Source: the human T2T-CHM13v2.0 reference genome, Homo sapiens. Taken from it: a stretch of DNA of 64,000 bases. The notes under the pieces were generated by a model. The model searched no databases and was not told the origin of the DNA. It worked only from the letters and a program-made list of their open reading frames with translations. Shown here one piece after another: positions 13,147-25,554 of the stretch. Location: NCBI RefSeq assembly GCF_009914755.1, contig NC_060947.1; one strand, 5' to 3'. Within the stretch, counting starts at the first letter, position 1, and each line of letters starts with the position of its first letter. A program made the translations under genes and the position numbers.

Positions 13147-13475
13147 GAGTTGTCCCTCAGTATCTGTGGGGGATTTGTTCCAGGACCCCTGTGGATAACA
13201 AAATCGACCAATGCTCAAATTTCTTATATAAAATGGTGTGGTATTTGCATATAACCTATGCACAGCCTCCTGTACACTTTAAATCATCTCAAGATTACTT
13301 ATGATATATAATACAATGTAAACACTATGTAACTAGTTGTTATGCTGTATTGTTTATTATTTGTAGTACTTTTTAGTATTTTTTACTGTGTATTTTCTGT
13401 TTTGTCCAAATATTTTAAAACTACGATTCGTTGAATTTGTGGATGTGGAAACTACAGATATGAAGTGCCACAGTG
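13147..13475. mobile_element. MER2 (TcMar-Tigger) MITE
   Basis: ta|gagttgtccctcagtatctgtgggggatt.gttccaggacccc...tgcatataacctatgcac..cctcc... Confidence 0.85.
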
Positions 13476-13635
13476 TGTTTGATTGTTCTTTAATATTCCA
13501 CATGTAAGTGAATCACGAATTATTTTTCTTTCTGTATTTAGCTTATTTCACTTAGCATAATTTCCTCCAAGCTCATCCATATTATGGCAAATGACAAGAT
13601 CTCATTCTTGTGTGTGTAAATGACAAGATCTCATT

Positions 13636-14431
13636 TAAAAGTATGTGGCACCTCCCTGCCTCCATTCTCTCTCTCTTGCTCCCATTCTCGCCATGTGATG
13701 TGCCTGCTCCCCCTTTGACTTCTGCCATGATTGGAAGCTTCCTGAGGCCTCCCCAGAAGCAGATGCCACTATGCTTCCTGTAAAGGCTGCAGACCTTGAG
13801 CCAATTTCTCCCTTTTAAAATTGGAGCATTCACCCAATGCCTGTACCCTCATTGTGTCTTGGAAGTAACTAACTTGCTTTTGATTTTACAGGATCCTAGG
13901 CAGAAAAGACTTGCCTTCTCACAGATAAAACTTTGGTCTTGGACTTCTGGGTTTAGCCTGAAATGAGTTAAGACTTTGGGGGACTGTTGGGAAGGTATAA
14001 TTGTGTTTTGAAATGTAACAAAGATGAGATTTGGGAGGGGCCAGGGGTGGAATGACTTACTCTGGCACTGTGTCCCCACCCAAATTTCATCTTGAATTTT
14101 AATCCAAATTGTAATCCCCACGTTTTGGGGAATGGACTTCTTGGAAGGTGTTTAGATCATGGGGGCAGTTTCATCATGCTGTTCTCATGATAGTGAGTGA
14201 GTTCTAATGAGATCTGATGGTTTTATAAGGTGCTTTTCCCCTCTTCACTCTGCACTTCTCCTTCCTGTCACCAAGTGAAGAAGGATGTGTTTGCTCCCCC
14301 TTCTGCCATGATTGTAAGTTTCCTGAGGCCTCCCCAGTCCTACGGAACTGTGAGTCAATTAAATTTCCTTCCTTTATAAATTACCCAGTCTTGGGCAGTT
14401 CTTTATAGCAGCATGAGAAGGGACTAATACA
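13636..14431 (+). mobile_element. MST/THE1 MaLR: partial 5' LTR, 3' end of internal region with PPT, complete 3' LTR (14053-14431)
   Basis: cttctgccatgattggaagcttcctgaggcctcccc; internal end gggaggggccaggggtggaa|tga; LTR ends ggactaataca. Confidence 0.85.
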
Positions 14432-15559
14432 GTATGTCTAGAAGAGGAAATGCTGAATCACATGGTATATCTATTTTTAATTTCCTTAGAAGCCTCTCTA
14501 CTTTTTGCCATAACAATTGTACCAATCTACATTTCCACCAACAGCGTACAAGAGTTCACTTTCCTCAACACCCTCGCCACTATTTGTTACCTTTTAACTT
14601 GTTGATAATAGTCATCCTAACGGATGTGAGATGATATCTCATAGTGACTTTGATTTGCGTTTTCTTGATGATTAATGATGTTGAGCATGTTTTTATGTAC
14701 CCATTGATCATTTGTATGTCTTCATTGAAGAAATGTCTATTTAGATCATATGCTTATTTTTATGATTATATTATTTGTTTTTCTACTATTTAGGTGTATG
14801 AATTCTTAATATATTTTGAATAGTAACCCCTTATCAGACATATGGCTTGCAAATTTTTTTCCAAATGATAGGTTGCTATTTTATTTTATTTACATATGTA
14901 TATATATATTCTGTAGAAGAGCTTTATCCTTATGTTACCTTGTTATCTTCTAGAAGTTTTAAAGTTTCTAGTCTTAAATTTAGGTCTTTATTCATTTTTA
15001 CTTAAGTTTTGTGTTTGGTGTAAGATAAGGGTCCAACTTCATTCTTTTGCATGTGTAAGTCCAGTTTACCCAGCACCACTTATTGAAGAGATAGTCCTTT
15101 CCCCATGTGTCTTCTTGGTGCTCTTGCAAAAAATTAGGTGACCATATATGTTTGGATTTATTTCTGGGCTCTCTATCCTAATCCACTCATCTATATGACT
15201 GTATTTATGCCAGTGCCACACTGTTTTATTACTATAGCTTTGTAATATAATTTTCAATTAAGAACTGTGATACCTCCAACTTTGTTTTTCTTTCACAGAA
15301 TTGTTTTGGATATTTGGGGGTATTTTGTTTCTATACAAATTTCAGGGATTTCTTTTCCATTTTTGTGAAGGATAGCATTGAAATTTTGATAGTGATTGCA
15401 TTGAATCTATATATTGCTGTGCCTAGTATGGACATTTTAACAATATTAATTCCCCCAATCCATGAGCACAGGATATCATTCCATTTATTTGTGTCCTCCA
15501 GATCTACAATTTGAACTTAGTTTCACCAGACCCCAACTACCACTACTAATGGAAAATAT

Positions 15560-15840
15560 TATAATAGCTAATATTTGCTATATTGACTAATAAAGTTAAT
15601 AACATCCAATAGCTATAATAATAGCTAATTATGACTTAGAATAAGGCATTATCTTAAGTGCCTTACATATGCATTAAATCACTTATCCTCACAAAATCCT
15701 AATGTGGTAAATGTTACTATTAGCTCACAATTTATGAATTCAAAAAGAGACACAGATGAGTTAACTAATAAAGATGTCCATGGTCATAGAGCTGATAAGT
15801 GATGAAGCTAGGATTGAAATTCATGTTCTTAAACAATATT
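15560..15840 (-). mobile_element. MIR SINE remnant
   Basis: atcctcacaaaatcctaatgtggtaa...ggtcatagagctgataagtgatgaagctaggattgaa. Confidence 0.55.
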
Positions 15841-15989
15841 TTGTACTAGACATTAGTCTATGTGTGTCTAAGGACATATGAGAAATAAGAGAGTTAGTTA
15901 TGGCCCTGGAAGGACTTGATAAGGTTCTAGTTTGAGAAAGTAAGCATTCACATATGATCTTCTTAAATAAAATAGAATACCCTAATCCT

Positions 15990-17170
15990 TTTTAAAAATT
16001 TAATTCAATTTAATTTAAAGTTCCAGGGTACATGTGCAGGATGTGTAGGTTTGTTACATAGGTAAACATGTGCCATTGTGGTTTGCTGCACCTATCAACC
16101 CATTACCTTGGTATTAAGCCTCACATGCATTACCCATTTATCCTGATGCTCTCCCTCCCCTGGCATCCCCCAACAGACCCCAGTGTGTATTCTTTCCCCC
16201 GACATGTCCATGTGTTCTCATTGTTCAGCTCCCACTTATAAGTGAGAACATGCAATGTTTGGATTTCTGTTCCTGAATTAGTTTGTTGAGGATAATGGCT
16301 TCCAGCTCCATCCATGTGCCTGCAAAGGACATGATCTCATTCCTTTTTATGGCTGCGTAGTGTTTCATGGTATATAGGTACCACATTTTATTTATCCAGT
16401 CTATTATTGATGGAAATTGGGGTTGATTTCATGTCTTTGCTATTGTGAATAGTGCTGCAATGAACATATGTGTGCATGTATCTTTATAATAGAATGATTT
16501 ATATTTCTTTGGGTATATACCCAGTAATGGGATTGCTGGGTCAAACGGTATTTCTGGTTCTAGGTCTTTGAGGAATTGTCACACTGTTTTTTGCAATGGT
16601 TGAACTAATTTACATTCCCACCAAGAGTGTAAAGGCATTCCAATTTCTCCACAGCCACACTAGCTTCTGTTTTATCTTGATTTTTTAATAATTGCCGTTC
16701 TGACCGGTGTGAGCTGATATCTCATTGTGGTTTTGATTTGCATTTCTCTAATGATCAGTGATGTTGAGCTTTTTTCATATGTTTGTTGGACACATAAATG
16801 TCTTCTTTGAGAAGTGTCTGTACATGTTCTTTGCCCAGTTCTTAATGGAGTTGCTTGTTTTTTTCTTATACATTTGTTTAAGTTTCTCGTAGACTGCATA
16901 TGAGACCTCTGCCAGATGGATAGATTGCAAAAATTTTCTCCCATTCTGTACGTTGTCTGTTCACTCTAATGGTATTTCCTTTTGCTGTGCAGAAGCTCTT
17001 TAGTTTAATTAGATCCCATTTGTCAACTTTTTCTTTTGTTGCAATTCCTTTGGTGTTTTTGTCATGAAATTTTTGCCCATGCCCATGTCCTGAATGGTAT
17101 TGCCTAGATTATCGTCTAGGATTCTTATAGTTATGGGTTTTATATTTAAGTCTTTAAACCATCCAGAGTT
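15990..17170 (-). mobile_element. L1PA (older, about L1PA8-13) 3' part 1
   Basis: aagttccagggtacatgtgcaggatgtgtaggtttgttacataggtaaac; ORF2 C-terminal peptides ([15 protein letters not shown]); continues at 23441. Confidence 0.85.
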
Positions 17171-17527
17171 ATTTTTATTTCATAAGTTAAAAAAATTAAC
17201 AGGAATATTTGGTTACATGAGTAAGTTCCTTAGTGGTGATTTGTGAGATTTAGGGGCACCCACCACCCGATCAGTATACAATGCACCATATTTGTAGTCT
17301 TTTATCCCTTGCCCCCTTCCACTCTTCCCCCTAAGTCCCCAAAGTCCATCATATCATTGTTATGTGTTTGCGTCCTCAAAACTTAGCTCCCAAGCATCAG
17401 TGAGAACATACAATGTTTGGTTTTCCATTCCTGAGTTACTTCACTTAGAATAATAGTATGCAATCTCATCTAGGTCACTACAAATGCTGTTAATTCATTC
17501 CTTTTTATGGCTGCATAGTATTCCATC

Positions 17528-18967
17528 ATATATATATATTCTCATATATATATTCACATATATATATTTTCATATATATATTCACATATATATATTTTCA
17601 TATATATTCACATATATATATTTTCATATATATATTCACATATATATATTTTCATATATATATTCACATATATATATTTTCATATATATATTCACATATA
17701 TATATTTTCATATATATATTCACATATATATATTTTCATATATATATTCACATATATATATTTTCATATATATATTCACATATATATATTTTCATATATA
17801 TATTCACATATATATATTTTCATATATATATTCACATATATATATTTTCATATATATATTCACATATATATATTTTCATATATATATTCACATATATATA
17901 TTTTCATATATATATTCACATATATATATTTTCATATATATATTCACATATATATATTTTCATATATATTCACATATATATATTTTCATATATATATTCA
18001 CATATATATATTTTCATATATATATTCACATATATATATTTTCATATATATATTCACATATATATATTTTCATATATATATTCACATATATATATTTTCA
18101 TATATATATTCACATATATATATTTTCATATATATATTCACATATATATATTTTCATATATATATTCACATATATATATTTTCATATATATATTCACATA
18201 TATATATTTTCATATATATATTCACATATATATATTTTCATATATATATTCACATATATATATTTTCATATATATATTCACATATATATATTTTCATATA
18301 TATATTCACATATATATATTTTCATATATATATTCACATATATATTTTCATATATATATTCACATATATATATTTTCATATATATATTCACATATATATA
18401 TTTTCATATATATATTCACATATATATATTTTCATATATATATTCACATATATATATTTTCATATATATTCACATATATATATTTTCATATATATATTCA
18501 CATATATATATTTTCATATATATATTCACATATATATATTTTCATATATATATTCACATATATATATTTTCATATATATATTCACATATATATATTTTCA
18601 TATATATATTCACATATATATATTTTCATATATATATTCACATATATATATTTTCATATATATATTCACATATATATATTTTCATATATATATTCACATA
18701 TATATATTTTCATATATATATTCACATATATATATTTTCATATATATATTCACATATATATATTTTCATATATATATTCACGTATATATTTTCATATATA
18801 TATTCACGTATATATTTTTTCATATATTCACGTATATATTTTTTCATATATATATTCACGTATATATGTTTTCATATATATATTCACGTATATATGAAAA
18901 CATATATACGTGAATATGTATATATGAAAACATATATACGTGAATATATATATGATGGAATACTATG
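17528..18967. repeat. AT-rich minisatellite, 28-bp unit ttcacatatatata+ttttcatatatata, roughly 45-50 copies, with inverted terminal units
   Basis: Period 28 read directly (ttcac at 17831 and 17859); translation repeats every 28 aa = 3 units. Confidence 0.95.
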
Positions 18968-19004
18968 TATATATGGAATATATATTCACATATATATATT
19001 TTCA

Positions 19005-19060
<56 letters not shown>
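19005..19060. repeat. (TG)n(TA)n(CA)n compound, self-complementary microsatellite
   Basis: tgtgtg...tatatata...cacacaca. Confidence 0.95.
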
Positions 19061-19061
<1 letters not shown>

Positions 19062-21358
19062 CACAGTCTCTTTATTCACTGATTGATTGATGGGCATTTG
19101 GGTTGGTTCCATGATTTTGCAATTGTGAATCATGCTGCTATAAACATGCATGTGCAAGTATGTTTTTCGAATAATGACTTCTTTTCCTCTGGGTAGATAA
19201 CCAGTAGTGGGATTGCTGGATAAAATGGTAGTTCTACTTTTAGTTCTTCAAGGAATCTCCACACTGTTTTCCACAGCAGCTGCACTAGTTTATATTCCCA
19301 CCAGCAGTGTAGAAGTGTTCCCTGTTCATGTTCACACCAACATCTGTTTTTTGATTTTTTGATTATGGCCATTCTTGCAGGAGTGAGATGGTATTGCACT
19401 GTGGTTTTGATTTGCATCTCCCTGATCATTAGTGATGTTGAGCATTTTTTCGTACGTTTATTGGCCATTTGTACATGATCTTTTAAGAATTGTCTATTCA
19501 TGTCCTTAGCCCACATTTGGATGGGATTGTTTAGTTTTTTCTTACTGATGTATTTGAGTTCATTGTAGATTCAGGATATTAGTCCTTTGTCAGATGTATA
19601 GATTGTGAGGATTTTCTCCCACTCTGTGGGTTGTCTGTTTACTCTGCTGACTGTTCCTTTTGTCATGCAAAAGCTCTTTAGTTTAATTAGGTCCCAGCTA
19701 TTTATCTTTGTTTTTATTGCATTTGCTTTTGGGTCCTTGGTCATGAAATCCTTGCCTAAGATAATATCTGGAAGAGATTTTCCAATGTCATATTCTAGAA
19801 TTTTTATAGTTTCAGGTATTAGGTTTAAGTTTTTAATCCATCTTGAGTTGATTTTTGTATAAAGTGAGAGATAAGAATCAAGTTTCATTCTCCTACATGT
19901 GGCTAGCCAATTATCCCAGCACCATTTGTAGAAAAGGGTGCCCTTTCTGCACTTTATGTTTTTCTTTGCTTTATCAAAGATCAGTTGGCTGTAAGTATTT
20001 GGATTTATTTCTGGGTTCTCTATTCTGCTATTCTCTATTCCACTGGTCTATGTGCCTATTTTTGCACTAGTACCATGCTGTTTGGGAGAATCTGGCCTTA
20101 TAGTAGAGTTTGAAATCGGGTAGTGTGATGCCTCCAGATTTGTTCTTTTTGTTTAGTCTTGCTGTGGCTATGCAGGCTCTTTTTTGGTTCCATATGAATT
20201 CTAGAATTGTTTTTTTTCTAATTCTGTGAGGAATTATGGTGGTATTTTGGTGGCGATTACATTAAATTTGTAGATTGCTTTTGGCAATATGGTCTTATTC
20301 ACAATATTGACTCTACCCATCCATGAGCATGGGATGTGTTTCCATATATTCATGTTGTCTATGATTTCTTTCAGTGCATTTTGTAGTTTTCCTTGTAGAG
20401 GTCTTTCAACTCCTTGGTTAGGTATATAGGTATATTCCTAAGTTTTTTGGTTTTTTGTTTGTTTGTTTTTTTTTTTTTTTTCAGCTAATGTAAAAGGTGT
20501 TGAGTTCTTGATTTGATTCTCCACTTGGTTGCTGTTGGTGTCTAGAAGAGCTACTAATCTTGTATCTGGAATCTTTGCTGAATTTTTTTTTATCAGTTCT
20601 AGGAGCTATCTGTAGGAGTCCTTAGGGTTTTCATGGTAAATGTTGATATCGTCAGCAAACAGTAACATTTTTGACTTCCTTTTTCCTGATATGGATGCCC
20701 TTTATTTCTTTCTCTAGGCTGATTGCGGTGGCCAGGACATCCAGTAACTACCATGTCGAAGAGGAGTGGTGAGAGTGGGCATCTTTGTCTTGCTCCAGTT
20801 CTCAGAGGGAATGCTTTCAACTTTTCCCCATTCAATGTTATGTTGGCTGTGGGTTTGTCATAGATGGCTTTTAATACATTGAGATATGTCCCTTGTATGC
20901 CAGTTTTGCTGACAGTTTAAATCATAAAGGTTGCTGGATTTTGTCAAATGCTTTTTCTGCATCTATTGAAATAATAATGTGATTTTTGTTGTTAATTCTC
21001 TTTATGTGGTGTATCACATTTATTAACTTGCGTATGTTAAACCATCCCTGCATCCCTGGTATGAAACCCACTTGATCATGGTGGATTATCTTTTTGATAT
21101 GTTGTTGTATTCAGTTAGCTAGTATTTTGTTAAGGATTTTAGCATCCTTGTTCATCAAGGATATCTGTCTGTAGTTTTTTTTTTGTTTTTTTTTTTTTTG
21201 GTTATGTCCTTTCCTGGTTTTGGTATTAGAGTGATGCTGCCTTCATGGAATGAATTAGGGAGGGTTTCTTCTTTCTCAATCTTGTGGAATAGTGTTAAAA
21301 GGATTGGCATCAATTCTTCTTTGAATGTCTGGTAGAGTTTTGCTGTGAATCTGTCTTT

Positions 21359-23440
21359 GAATTAACCCAATCCAACAAAGACAAAGAAAAAAGAATTAGA
21401 AAATATGAACAAAGCCTCCAAGACGTCAGGGATTGTATTAAAGAACCTAACCTAAGGATAATTGTTGTTCCTGAGGAAGAAGGGAAATCTAAAAGTTTGA
21501 ATTATTTGGGGGAATAATCGAGGAAAGCTTCCTTGGCCTTGCTAGAGAACTTGACATCCAAATATAAGAAGCACAAAAAACACCTGGGAAATTCATCACA
21601 AAAATATCATTGCCTAGGCACATTGTCATCAGGTTATCTAAAGTTAAGGTGAAGGAAAGAATCTTAAGAGCTGTGAGACAAAGCACCAGGTAAACTATAA
21701 AGGAAAACCTATCAGATTAACAGCAGATTTTTCAGCAGAAACCCTACAAACCAGAAAGGATTGGGGCCCTATCATCAGCCTCCTCAAACAAAATAATTAT
21801 CAGACAAGAACTTTGTATCCAGCAAATGTAAGCATCATATATGAAGGAAAGATACAGCCTTTTTCAGACAAACAAAAACTGAGAGAATTCACAACTACTG
21901 AGCCACCACTACAAGAACTGCTAAAAAAAAGAGTTCTAAATCTTGAAACAAATCCTGGAAACACATTAAAACAGAACCTCTTTAAAGTCTGAATCACACA
22001 GGACCTATAAAACAAAACTACAATTTAAAAAGCAAAAACAAAAAACAAAAAAACCTAGGTACACAGGCAACAAATAGCCCAATGAATGGAATGGTATCTC
22101 ACATCTCAATACTAACATTAAATGTAAATGACCTAAATGTTCCACTTAAAAGTTACAGAACTGCAGAATGGATAAGAATTCACCAACCAACTATCTGCTG
22201 CCTTCAGGAGACTCACCTAAGACATAAGGACTCACAGAAACTTAAAGTAAAGGGGTAGAAAAGGGCATTTTATTCAAATGGACAGCAAAAGCAAGCAGGC
22301 GTAGCTATTCTTATATCAGACCAAACAAACTTTAAAGCCACATCAGTTAAAGAAGATAAAGAGGGACATTATATAAGGGTAAAAGGCCTTGTCCAACAGG
22401 AAAATATTACAATCCTAAACATACATGCACCTAACACTGGAGCTCTCAAATTTATAAAACAATTACTACTAGACCTAAGAAATGAGATAGACAGCATCAC
22501 AATAATAGTGGGAGACTTCAACACTCCACTGACAGCACTAGAGAAGTCATCAAGACAGAAAGTCAACAAAGAAACATGGATTTAAGCTATACCTTGGAAC
22601 AAATGGAGTTAACAGATATATACAGAACATTTCATCCAAAAACTGCAGAATACACATGTATTCAACAGTGCATGAAACTTTCTCCAAGATAGACCATGAT
22701 AGGCCATAAAATGAGCCTCAATAAATTTAAGAAAATTGAAATTATATCAAGCACTCTCTCAGACCACAGTGCAATAAAACTTGAAATCATCTCCAAAAGG
22801 AACCTTCAAAACCATGGAAATACATGGAAATTGAATAACTTTCTCCTGAATGAGCATTGGGTCAAAAATGAAATCAAGTTGGAAATTAAAAAATTATTCA
22901 AACTGATTGACAGTAATGACATAACCTATCAAAACCTCTGGGATATAGCAAAGGCGGTGCTAAGAGGAAAGTTCATAGCCCTAAACACCTACATCAAAAA
23001 GACTGAAAGAGCACAAACTGACACTCTAAGGTCACACCTCAAGGAACTAGAGAAACAAGAAAAAACCAAACCCAAACACAGCAGAAGAATGGAAATAACC
23101 AAGATCAGAGCAGAACTAAATGAAATTGAAACAAACAAACAAACAAAAAGCAATACAAAAGATAAATGAAACAGAGCTGGTCCTTTGAAAAGATAAATAA
23201 CATTGATAGACCATTGGAAAGATTAACCAAGAAAAGAAGAGAGAAAATTCAAATAACCTCACTAAGAAATGAAACAGGAGATATTACAACTGACACCACT
23301 GAAATACAAAAGATCATTCAAGGCTACTATGAACACCTTTACACATATAAACTAGAAAACCTAGAAGAAATGGATAAATTTCTGGAAAAATACAACCCTC
23401 CTAGCTTAAATCAGGAAGAAATAGATACCCTAAACAGACT
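21359..23440 (+). mobile_element. Inverted 5' segment of the same L1PB insertion (ORF1 C-terminus, spacer, ORF2 endonuclease region)
   Basis: ORFs 22696-23453 are L1 ORF2 ([13 protein letters not shown]...[29 protein letters not shown]). Confidence 0.85.
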
Positions 23441-24389
23441 AATTGATGTGTAAGGTGTAAGGAAGGGATCTAGTTACAATTTTCTGCATGTGGCTAGCCA
23501 TTTTCCCAGCACCATTTATTAAACAGGAAATTCTTTCCTGATTGCATGTTTTTTTCAGGTTTGTCAAAGATCACCTGGCTGCTGATGTGCAGTCTTATTT
23601 CTGAGATCTCTATTCTGTTCCATTGGTCTACATGTCTGTTTTTGTACCAGTATCATGATTTTTTGGTTACTGTAGCCTTGTAGTATAGTTTGGAGTTGGG
23701 TAGCATGATGTTTCCAGCTTTCTTCTTTTTGCATAGGATTGTTTTGGCTCTACGGGCCCCTTTCTGGTTCCATATGAATTTTAAAGTAGTTTTTTCTAAT
23801 TCTGTGATAAATGTCAATGGTAGTTTAATGAGAATAGCATTGAATCTGTAAATTACTTTAGACACTATGGCCATTTACACAATATTGATTCTTTCTATCC
23901 ATGAGCATGGAATGTTTTTCCATTTGCTTGATTCCTCTCTGATTTCATTGAACAGTGGTTTGTAGTTCTCCTTGAAGAGGTCCTTCCCTTCCCTTGTTAG
24001 CTGTATTCCTAGCTTTTTATTTTCTTTGTAGCAATTGTGAATGGCAGTTCATTCATGATTTGGCTCTTTGCTTGTCTATTGTTGGTGCATAGGAATGCTT
24101 GTGATTTTTTGCACATTGATTTTGTATCTGGAGACTTTGCTGAAGTTGCTTATTAGCTTAAGAAGCTTTTGGGCTGAAACGATGGGGCTTTCTAAATATG
24201 GGATTATATCATCTGCAAAAAGAGACAGTTTGGATTATGTCATCTGCAAAAAGAGACAGTTTGACTTCCTCTCTTCCTATTTGAATACACTTTGTTTTTC
24301 TCTTGCCTTCTTGCCCTGGTCAGGACTTCCAGTACTATGTTGAACAGGAGTGGTGAGGGAGGGTATTCTTGTCTTGTACTGATTTTCAA
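23441..24389 (-). mobile_element. L1PA 3' part 2 (continuation of 15990-17170), 5'-truncated
   Basis: Resumes ...taaggtgtaaggaagggatctag where 17170 broke off; degenerate TSD gaataccctaatc (15975) / ggataccctattc (24390). Confidence 0.85.
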
Positions 24390-24674
24390 GGATACCCTAT
24401 TCTGAGGAATAAGAATTGTGGGTTCTGTGTTAGTATTATAGGAGGATGTTTTATGAAATTGGTAACATTAGAATGTTATTTAGAAGGTGTTGATGATATT
24501 GAAAATTTTAATATTGCTCTAAGTTGCAGCTTATAGAATCATCTTCTAATAAATACGTGCTAAAATTTCCCACTGGGGACATAATGGCAACTGGCCTGAA
24601 GGTGAAAAGATGCAGAATGTTATACAACTTTCTAGCAAGGCATACAGGAAAAATATGATTTAATAAAATGTCAT

Positions 24675-25150
24675 AAATTTCAGCATATACTCCAAAGAAT
24701 TGAAAACGGATGTTCAAACAAAACCTCGTATGGAAGTGTTCACAGCAACACTCTTTGCTATAATGAAGAATTGGAAACAACCCAAATGTTTGTTAACCAA
24801 TGAATGGATTTTTAAAAAGTTGTATATGCACACAATGAAATAGCATTCAGCGTTAAAAAGGAATGCTAACCTCAAATACATTACACTAAGTGAAAGAAAC
24901 GAAGACACCAAAGGCCACATGTTGTGTGATTTTGCGTATGTGAAATATCCTGAACAGGTAAATCCATAGAGACAGAAAACTGGTTAGTGGTTGCAAGGAA
25001 CAAGGGTGAAGGAGGAAAGGAGAGGGACTGCTTAATGACTATAGGGTTTTCTTTTGGGATAATGAAAACATTCTGGAAGTAGATAGTGGTGATTGTTGCA
25101 TGACATAGTGAATGTTTTAAATGTCAATAGTGGTAAATTTTATGATATGT
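24675..25150 (+). mobile_element. L1MB-type 3' end fragment
   Basis: ggaaacaacccaaatgt...aaatccatagagacagaaa...ttttaccacaataaaaa. Confidence 0.75.
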
Positions 25151-25229
25151 GTATTTTACCACAATAAAAAGTCATAATTCTCACTCAGATCTATAGGAGG
25201 ACCTTCAAGAGATTTTAAATAGGATCTGA

Positions 25230-25530
25230 TTGAACATTATGCTAAGTGAAATAATTCAGTCACAAATAGACAAATATTGTATGATTCCACTTATGTGAGG
25301 TATTTGAAGTAGTCAAATTTATAGAGACCAAAAGAATGGTGATTGCCAGGGGCTGGGGGAGGAAAGAATTAGGAGTTCTTGGTTATTGGGTAGAAAGTTT
25401 TAGTTTTAATAGGATGAAAAAGTTCTGGACATCTGTTACATGACAATGGGAGTATAATTAACACTAATAAACTCTACACGTAAACATGGTAAAGTTGGAA
25501 AATTTTATGTTGTACTACAATTTAAAATTA
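25230..25530 (+). mobile_element. L1MA/MB 3' end fragment
   Basis: acattatgctaagtgaaata...atgattccacttatgtgagg...ggtgattgccaggggctggggg. Confidence 0.75.
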
Positions 25531-25554
25531 TATATACATACATAAAATAGGATG

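Larger units (their letters stand above)
12795..15500 (-). mobile_element. L1MA9-like 3' end and ORF2 3' remnant, interrupted by MER2 and a MaLR element
   Basis: atttaaggtatacaac...3' end; ORF2-like peptide 15066-15257 ([27 protein letters not shown]). Confidence 0.8.
17171..21358 (-). mobile_element. L1PB1-like element, non-inverted 3' segment
   Basis: ggttacatgagtaagttccttagtggtgatttgtgagatt 3' end; ORF2 peptides 19130-19888 and 20599-20835. Confidence 0.85.

Noticed and set aside
17528-18850. Array as a CRISPR-like locus
   Set aside because: No unique spacers, no cas genes, and the DNA is primate
17484-19082. 532-aa Y/I/F/H-rich ORF
   Set aside because: Artefact: the 28-bp unit has no stop codon in any plus-strand frame, the ORF lies inside an L1 3' UTR, and there is no gene context
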